Below are positions 36,998-42,621 of a DNA stretch of 42,621 nt, in pieces (the first letter of the stretch is position 1; each line of letters starts with the position of its first letter). The stretch comes from Oscillospiraceae bacterium. GTDB taxonomy: Bacteria; Bacillota; Clostridia; Oscillospirales; CAG-272. The notes beneath the pieces were generated by a model. It was not told the origin of the DNA, searched no databases, and saw nothing but the letters and a program-made list of their open reading frames with translations. The stretch is taken from positions 1-42,621 of the forward strand of contig SVSU01000003.1 of the NCBI GenBank assembly GCA_015064135.1, given 5' to 3'. The translations under genes and the position numbers were made by a program.

Positions 36998-37063
36998 TGC
37001 ATCCGCTTTTTTGAATCGGCGGAGGGAGTCAGCCCCGGGCAGTATCGGAGACTGGCTCAGTAG
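36998..37063 (+). pseudogene. Orphan 3' fragment of araC
   Basis: Encodes CIRFFESAEGVSPGQYRRLAQ*, identical to the AraC C-terminus, with no upstream gene body. Confidence 0.9.
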
Positions 37064-37114
37064 AAGGAGAGAGTGGCAAAAGAGAATCATGCACACAACA
37101 ATAAATAAAAAATA

Positions 37115-37151
37115 CCGGGACAGATTTCACGAAAATGTGAGTCTGTCCCGG
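37115..37151 (-). terminator. Terminator of the scaffoldin gene (duplicated hairpin)
   Basis: Same hairpin as 28282-28318 with one C>T change next to the loop. Confidence 0.75.
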
Positions 37152-37163
37152 CTGTTGTTTGGT

Positions 37164-38504
37164 TTATGCAAGGGGATATACATCAGGCAGCATACTGTAC
37201 TGGAACAGCAGGAGCGCGTCGCTGATGTCTGTTGTGCCGTCCTTTGTGAAGTCGGTGGAGCCGATGTAGGGAATGGGGTATACATCGGGAAGCATACTGA
37301 ACTGGAAGAGCGCCAGCGCGTCTGAAATATCAACGGTTTCGTCATGGTTGATGTCACCGAGGATTTCGTTTCTTACAGTTACTTCAGCAGGTACAGCGCC
37401 GGAGTTGAGAACCTTGGAATTGTTCTTTACAAGGCTCTGCATGGTTACCTCTGTGGTGCAGTCCTCAATTCCTGCCGCAATTTCAAAGCTGAGCGTGAAA
37501 AGGTCGCCTGTGAAAACTTCAGCGGTCTTGAGCCCCAATGTTACAACGCCCTTTTCCGTGTCAAATGCGTTCAGGAAGAACTTGTCCGCAGCGGCTTCGG
37601 TGTCGGAGAAACCAACGAATGTGAGAATGCTCGGGTCATAGCTGAGCTCGAACAGTGCAATGGAGTTGATGGGGTCTGTGCTCTCCGCAGAGATCTTTAC
37701 CTCAATCACCTCGCCGGGCTTGCCGATGGCTTCGTGGAAGGTGAAGATGGTACCGGATGCCGGGATAACTTCGCCGTCTGCCAGCTTAACGCCACAGTCG
37801 AGACAGTGGGTATTGCCTGTGTAGCCGTCCTCGAAGCAGGTGTCGGCCTTTGCATCACGGATCTCGGTTCTGCCTGTGTGGTTGTCGGGGTCGATGGGTG
37901 TGGCAAGATTCTTCAGTTCAACCTCACCCTCCTCATCTGCAAAATAACATTCACATTTTGTGCAATACCATGCTTCAGTCTTTCCTTCATCCACACAGGT
38001 TGCGGCAACGGGAGCAGAATAGGTCATTGCGTGAACATGGTTTACGGTAATGGAGCCTGCAATAACCTCGGATGCGAGAACTTTACTGCCGTTCTTTGCG
38101 AGGGGAGTTGCTGTGATGGGGTAGGTTCCTTCGGGAGCGTCCTCGGCAATGGTGAACTCGAGGCTGCATATGTAGCTTTCAAAAGCGGAGCCGGACATTG
38201 CACCGAGAGTGATAACTTCTTTTGTATCATCGAAGGAATTGAGGAAAAACTTTGAACTGATGCTCGGATCAATGTCGGTGAAACCGTTGAATGTGAAAAG
38301 TTCTGTGTCATATGTGAAATTTGAAAGGGCAAAACTGTTTGCGGGGACGGAGGCATCAACGGAAAGCTCAACCTTGACGGTACATCCGGGATCCTCATTG
38401 GGGTTTGAAAGGGTGAAAGCAACATCGCTGCTTGCCGCACCTGCAAACAGTGCTATGCCGACAGCGCACACCCCTGCAAGTACTGTGGAAATGATTTTTT
38501 TCAT
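37164..38504 (-). CDS. Mini-scaffoldin: signal peptide-cohesin-Cys/His linker-cohesin-dockerin
   Basis: Two ~125-aa beta modules with cohesin hallmarks (PG.TVKVELSV / GKPGEVIEVKIS; FTYDTELFTF / LSYDPSILTF; LEFTIAEDAPEGTYPIT; GSITV) that resemble each other (KFFLN.FD..K.V.TLG, KN.SKVL). C-terminal dockerin. Confidence 0.85.
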   Translation of the reverse strand: MKKIISTVLAGVCAVGIALFAGAASSDVAFTLSNPNEDPGCTVKVELSVDASVPANSFALSNFTYDTELFTFNGFTDIDPSISSKFFLNSFDDTKEVITLGAMSGSAFESYICSLEFTIAEDAPEGTYPITATPLAKNGSKVLASEVIAGSITVNHVHAMTYSAPVAATCVDEGKTEAWYCTKCECYFADEEGEVELKNLATPIDPDNHTGRTEIRDAKADTCFEDGYTGNTHCLDCGVKLADGEVIPASGTIFTFHEAIGKPGEVIEVKISAESTDPINSIALFELSYDPSILTFVGFSDTEAAADKFFLNAFDTEKGVVTLGLKTAEVFTGDLFTLSFEIAAGIEDCTTEVTMQSLVKNNSKVLNSGAVPAEVTVRNEILGDINHDETVDISDALALFQFSMLPDVYPIPYIGSTDFTKDGTTDISDALLLFQYSMLPDVYPLA

Positions 38505-38593
38505 GGAAGTGTCTCCTTTACATAAATATTGTGAATTGTCCTTACTGCTGTTGGAACAAAATTCCGTCGGGAATGGAATATTTATTCAAATCA

Positions 38594-38622
38594 ATTATAT
38601 CATTTGGTGATGATGTTGTCAA
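38594..38622 (-). promoter_or_regulatory. Consensus sigma-A promoter of the scaffoldin gene
   Basis: TTGACA-17 bp-TATAAT with an extended TG. Confidence 0.85.
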
Positions 38623-38723
38623 CACTATGTGTGCAAATACATCATAAAGTGTTTTCCGGAAAGTTTTTCACCCCCTTCCAATTATTTTGCTGTCATGCAC
38701 CGTAGGGGATGACTCTATTCCCA

Positions 38724-38752
38724 TTGACAAATACCCCCATAGGGTATATAAT
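38724..38752 (+). promoter_or_regulatory. csoR-copA promoter with CsoR operator
   Basis: TTGACA-17 bp-TATAAT whose spacer holds ATACCCCCATAGGGTAT, the C/G-tract palindrome typical of CsoR sites. Confidence 0.9.
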
Positions 38753-38783
38753 AAAGTTGTAACATACAACGGAGGGAAGTCAT

Positions 38784-39107
38784 ATGGACAACAACCGTAC
38801 CAAAAACTGTGCACACAGCAAATGTTCCGGCAAAACAAAGGAACGCTCCCCTGAGGAGATGAAAAAATTGCTGAATCGGCTGAATCGAATCGAGGGACAG
38901 ATCAGAGGGATTCGCGGAATGGTGGAGAAAAGCGCTTACTGTACGGATATTCTCACCCAAGTGGCGGCGGCAGGTGCTGCCCTTAACGGATTCAGCAAGG
39001 AACTGCTGGCGGAACACATCAAAACCTGTGTGGCAGAGGATATCCGCCGTGGGAAGGACGAAACCGTGGATGAGCTTGTCTGCACTTTGCAGAAACTGAT
39101 GAAGTAA
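38784..39107 (+). CDS. csoR: Copper-sensing repressor CsoR
   Basis: [21 protein letters not shown] and EHIKTCV (C-H-C ligand set). Confidence 0.93.
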   Translation: MDNNRTKNCAHSKCSGKTKERSPEEMKKLLNRLNRIEGQIRGIRGMVEKSAYCTDILTQVAAAGAALNGFSKELLAEHIKTCVAEDIRRGKDETVDELVCTLQKLMK

Positions 39108-39123
39108 AGGAATGGTCGTGGAT

Positions 39124-41637
39124 ATGAAACAATATACAGTAACGGGAATGAGCTGTGCCGCCTGCAGTGCCCGTGTGGAAAAGGCGGTGAGCAAGGTGCC
39201 CGGTGTCACCTCATGCTCGGTGAGCCTGCTTACAAACTCCATGGGGGTGGAAGGCACCGCTTCGGAGGAGGCGGTTATCAAGGCAGTTGTTGATGCAGGA
39301 TACGGTGCGGCGAAAAAGGGAGGGGGGACACGGTCAGCCCCGGCCGCGGAGGATGCCCTTGCTGACAGAGAAACCCCTGCGCTGAGGAGACGCCTCATTG
39401 CATCTCTCGGCTTTCTTGCCGTGCTTATGTATATTTCCATGGGACACGTTATGTGGGGCTGGCCTCTGCCATCATTTTTGGCGGACAATCCCATTGCCAT
39501 TGGTCTGGCTCAGCTTATCCTGTCTGCCGCTGTCATGGTAATCAACCAAAAATTCTTCACAAGCGGCTTCAAAAGTCTATGGAACCGCGCCCCGAATATG
39601 GACACTCTTGTGGCGCTCGGCTCTGCCGCTTCCTTTGTATACAGCACCTACGCTCTCTTTGCCATGACAGCCCATACGGGGGTCGGAGATGCCATGCATC
39701 ATTACTTGCATGAGTTTTATTTTGAATCGGCTGCCATGATTCTCGCGCTCATTACGGTAGGCAAAATGCTGGAGGCGCGCTCCAAGGGGAAAACCACCGA
39801 TGCGCTGAAGGGCTTGATGAAGTTGGCGCCGAAAACCGCTGTCATCCTTGTTGACGGGGAGGAAACAGAGATTCCTGCGGAACAGGTGAAGAGGGGAGAT
39901 GTTTTTGTGGTTCGCCCCGGCTCCGATATTCCCGTGGACGGTGTGGTTGTCGAAGGGGAAAGCGCGGTAAACGAATCTGCACTGACGGGGGAAAGCATAC
40001 CTGTTGACAAACACGAGGGAGACCGGGTGTGGGCGGCAACGCTGAATCAATCGGGATATCTGAAATGCGAGGCAACCGGGGTAGGCGAGGACACGACCCT
40101 TGCCAAGATCATAAAAACAGTCAGCGATGCGGCATCCACCAAAGCGCCTATCGCAAAAGCGGCAGATCGTGTGTCGGGAGTATTCGTTCCTGCGGTGATC
40201 TCGTTCGCTGTCCTTACCACTGTCATATGGCTGCTTGTGGGACAGACGATCGGTTTTGCCATAGCGAGAGGGATCTCGGTTCTTGTTATAAGCTGTCCCT
40301 GTGCCCTGGGACTTGCCACACCGGTTGCCATTATGGTAGGAAACGGCGTGGGAGCGAAAAACGGCATACTGTTTAAAACAGCCTCTGCTCTTGAGGAAAC
40401 AGGGAAGATTCAGATCGTAGCTCTTGACAAAACGGGCACGATCACAAAGGGGGAGCCGACGGTCACCGATATCCGCACAGCAGAGGGGGTCAGCGAAACG
40501 GAACTGCTTACCATGGCGGCTTCCCTGGAGAGGAAAAGCGAGCATCCCCTTGCAAAAGCCATCATTGAGAAAGCGGAAAACGATAGACTCAGCCTGCGCG
40601 ATGTGTCGGAATTCACAGCTCTTCCCGGCAGCGGCTTGACAGCATTCCTTGACGGTGCGGAGCTGTGCGGCGGAAATCTCAGGTATATGGAGACGAAAGC
40701 CGTGGTGGAGGATTGGGCGAGGGATGAGGCTGAAAAACTGGCGGAGGACGGAAAGACCCCCTTGTTCTTTGCAAAAAACGGCAGGCTTCTCGGAATCATG
40801 GCGGCGGCAGACGTAATAAAAGAGGACAGTCCCCGTGCGGTAGAGGAATTGCGGAATATGGGCATCAGGGTGGTCATGCTGACGGGAGATAACGAAAAAA
40901 CCGCCCGTTCCATCGGCAGACAGGCAGGAGTGGATGAGGTGATCGCAGGTGTCCTGCCGGACGGGAAGGAAAAGGTTATCCGTACACTGAAGGCCTCGGG
41001 CAAAACCGCCATGGTGGGCGACGGGATCAACGATGCACCTGCCTTGACTGCGGCGGATATTGGCATCGCCATAGGTGCGGGAACGGATATTGCCATTGAC
41101 GCGGCGGATGTGGTGCTGATGAAAAGCAGACTGTCCGATGTACCTGCCGCAATACGTCTGAGTCGGGCTGCTCTCAGGAATATTCACGAGAACCTTTTCT
41201 GGGCATTTCTTTACAACACGATTGGAATACCCTTGGCGGCAGGGGTGTTTATTCCCGTGCTCGGCTGGCAGCTGAACCCCATGTTCGGGGCTGCTGCCAT
41301 GAGCTTGTCCAGCTTCTGTGTGGTGACAAACGCCCTTCGGCTGAATTTTGTGAATATCCGAAGCTCCTCAAAAGACAAAAAAGCAAAGTCCGCGGCATCG
41401 ATCGGGAAAACCACGGAGCGTGTGCTGCATATTGAGGGAATGATGTGCGGTCACTGCGAGGCATCGGTAAAGGCGGCTCTGGAGAACATCCCCGGTGTGA
41501 CGGCAGCTCGGGCGGATCACAAGTCGGGTACTGCGGTTGTCAGACTGAGGGGCAAGGTGTCCGACAAAGCACTGCGCAAAGCGGTGGAGAAAGAGGGATA
41601 TAAGGTATCGGGAGCAGACAGCGGAGAAAAAGAATAA
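39124..41637 (+). CDS. copA: Cu(I)-translocating P1B-type ATPase with N- and C-terminal HMA domains
   Basis: [47 protein letters not shown] and C-terminal GMMCGHC. Alternative start at 39112. Confidence 0.95.
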   Translation: MKQYTVTGMSCAACSARVEKAVSKVPGVTSCSVSLLTNSMGVEGTASEEAVIKAVVDAGYGAAKKGGGTRSAPAAEDALADRETPALRRRLIASLGFLAVLMYISMGHVMWGWPLPSFLADNPIAIGLAQLILSAAVMVINQKFFTSGFKSLWNRAPNMDTLVALGSAASFVYSTYALFAMTAHTGVGDAMHHYLHEFYFESAAMILALITVGKMLEARSKGKTTDALKGLMKLAPKTAVILVDGEETEIPAEQVKRGDVFVVRPGSDIPVDGVVVEGESAVNESALTGESIPVDKHEGDRVWAATLNQSGYLKCEATGVGEDTTLAKIIKTVSDAASTKAPIAKAADRVSGVFVPAVISFAVLTTVIWLLVGQTIGFAIARGISVLVISCPCALGLATPVAIMVGNGVGAKNGILFKTASALEETGKIQIVALDKTGTITKGEPTVTDIRTAEGVSETELLTMAASLERKSEHPLAKAIIEKAENDRLSLRDVSEFTALPGSGLTAFLDGAELCGGNLRYMETKAVVEDWARDEAEKLAEDGKTPLFFAKNGRLLGIMAAADVIKEDSPRAVEELRNMGIRVVMLTGDNEKTARSIGRQAGVDEVIAGVLPDGKEKVIRTLKASGKTAMVGDGINDAPALTAADIGIAIGAGTDIAIDAADVVLMKSRLSDVPAAIRLSRAALRNIHENLFWAFLYNTIGIPLAAGVFIPVLGWQLNPMFGAAAMSLSSFCVVTNALRLNFVNIRSSSKDKKAKSAASIGKTTERVLHIEGMMCGHCEASVKAALENIPGVTAARADHKSGTAVVRLRGKVSDKALRKAVEKEGYKVSGADSGEKE

Positions 41638-41642
41638 AGAGA

Positions 41643-41698
41643 AAACAAACGACCGAAATGATCCGTGAAACCGGATATGAATTCGGTCGTTTATTGTT
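41643..41698 (+). terminator. Probable terminator after copA
   Basis: AAACGACCGAA...TTCGGTCGTTT inverted repeat. Confidence 0.65.
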
Positions 41699-41783
41699 GA
41701 TATGAAAAAAGATATAAAAAAGTTTTTGTGGGGCGAAGTGTGTGGTTAGCACATAATGTTGCAATGATATTGCATGAAAACTA

Positions 41784-41812
41784 TTGCATTATTATTCTTT
41801 TTTTGTTATAAT
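41784..41812 (+). promoter_or_regulatory. Sigma-A promoter for the kinase gene
   Basis: TTGCAT-17 bp-TATAAT with an extended TG. Confidence 0.7.
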
Positions 41813-41910
41813 ATACACAGAAACGGATTTTTTTAAATTATATTGTATTTTTTGAAACAAAGCATACAATAGTCCCTGTGACATAATTAAACAAATTAAC
41901 CGAGGTTTTT

Positions 41911-42621
41911 ATGGATTTTTTTGCATTGGAAAAGTCTGCTGTTCTGAAAAACAGGTATGAGATCATTTCTCTGCTTGGAACAGGCGGTTTCTCTGTTATT
42001 TACAAAGCGTTCGACCACGAGCTGAATTCCACGGTTGCAATAAAAGAGTTTTTTCCGAATACGATTGCGGAAAGAATCCCTCTGACAAAGAAGGTTGTCA
42101 CCAGAAATGCGGAGGATGCATCGCGTTTTGCCGATGGTTTGACAGCTTTTAAGCAAGAGGCTCAAAGAATGGCAGAACTGAAGGGAGCTCACAATACGGT
42201 AAATGTTTTAGGTGCCTTTGATGAGAATGATACTGCCTATATCGTAATGGAGCTGCTTGAGGGCATAACCCTTCTCCAATATCTTCGAGGGCTTCCCGGA
42301 GAAAGATTTGAGGATATCGAAGATGCAAAACAGATTATTCGTTCTGTTACCGAAGCCCTTGAGTATGCCCATTCAAAAAAGATACTTCACAGAGATGTCT
42401 CTCCCGACAATATTTTCCTCTGCAGCGACGGAAAGGTGAAATTGATAGACTTCGGTGCGGCGAGAGAGATTACGGATGGAGGAGAGTTTTCCGTTGTCGT
42501 AAAATCGGGATGCACTCCCCCGGAGCAATACAGGAAACGGGGCAAGCAGGGCACATGGACGGATATCTATGCTCTCGGTGCAACCTTTTATCGTATGCTG
42601 ACAGGTGTTTATCCCGAATCG
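41911..42621 (+). CDS. Hanks-type Ser/Thr protein kinase, 3' end outside the window
   Basis: Not in the ORF track because it is open at the edge. Manual translation: MDFFALEK..NRYEIISLLGTGGFSVIYKA..VAIKEFFP..YIVMELLEG..LHRDVSPDNI..KLIDFGAAR..PPEQY..WTDIYALG. Confidence 0.95.
   Translation, partial: MDFFALEKSAVLKNRYEIISLLGTGGFSVIYKAFDHELNSTVAIKEFFPNTIAERIPLTKKVVTRNAEDASRFADGLTAFKQEAQRMAELKGAHNTVNVLGAFDENDTAYIVMELLEGITLLQYLRGLPGERFEDIEDAKQIIRSVTEALEYAHSKKILHRDVSPDNIFLCSDGKVKLIDFGAAREITDGGEFSVVVKSGCTPPEQYRKRGKQGTWTDIYALGATFYRMLTGVYPES

Larger units (their letters stand above)
36997..37367. repeat. 371-bp direct repeat, copy 2
   Basis: Second copy of 28164-28534; supplies the scaffoldin's dockerin and terminator. 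Confidence 0.97.

Noticed and set aside
28164-37367. Repeat pair as a DGR template/variable repeat
   Set aside because: There is no reverse transcriptase in the window, and the differences are synonymous and not adenine-specific.
28164-37367. Autonomous integrative element or prophage with attL/attR
   Set aside because: No integrase, transposase, relaxase or phage gene lies between or beside the repeats, and the repeat includes a cargo-gene domain. Mobilisation in trans cannot be excluded.
36997-37367. Repeat as an assembly artefact
   Set aside because: The copies differ at 7 positions in a codon-aware pattern, and both join in frame to different genes. Long reads are still needed for certainty.
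39577-41187. 536-aa antisense ORF over copA, and similar ones over tkt, fprA, srtB and the scaffoldin
   Set aside because: Typical antisense shadows of genes with biased codon usage; no motifs recognised.
38505-41637. Functional link between csoR-copA and the Cys-rich scaffoldin
   Set aside because: The CsoR operator lies in the copA promoter, about 110 bp from the scaffoldin promoter; adjacency alone is not evidence.

Overview
A 42.6-kb chromosomal window from an anaerobic, probably spore-forming Clostridia (Oscillospirales-like; inferred from gene content and sigma-A promoters, not from a marker gene). The left two thirds are mostly housekeeping and accessory metabolism: PreP/M16C peptidase (cut by the left edge), an EamA transporter, split transketolase, TetR, ACT-MBL hydrolase, queA, a lysine riboswitch-dapA-(beta-helix lipoprotein)-dapB unit, an SBP lipoprotein, a SleB-type hydrolase, GT2, an RlmA-type methyltransferase, sortase B, and a Crp/Fnr-ldhA-ferredoxin-flavodiiron-ferritin-Bfd stress cluster. 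The most notable locus is 28.1-38.6 kb. A secreted mini-scaffoldin (cohesin-Cys/His linker-cohesin-dockerin) lies next to a 2,839-aa BspA-type LRR surface protein that ends in an amino-acid-identical dockerin. The LRR gene is bracketed by a 371-bp direct repeat (araC 3' end + terminator + dockerin) whose coding differences are all synonymous. This suggests a non-cellulolytic cohesin-dockerin display system carrying an exchangeable LRR cargo cassette. The window ends with csoR-copA and a truncated Ser/Thr kinase. No tRNA, rRNA, CRISPR array, integrase, transposase or reverse transcriptase was seen. All family calls come from motif recognition by eye; no database search was run.
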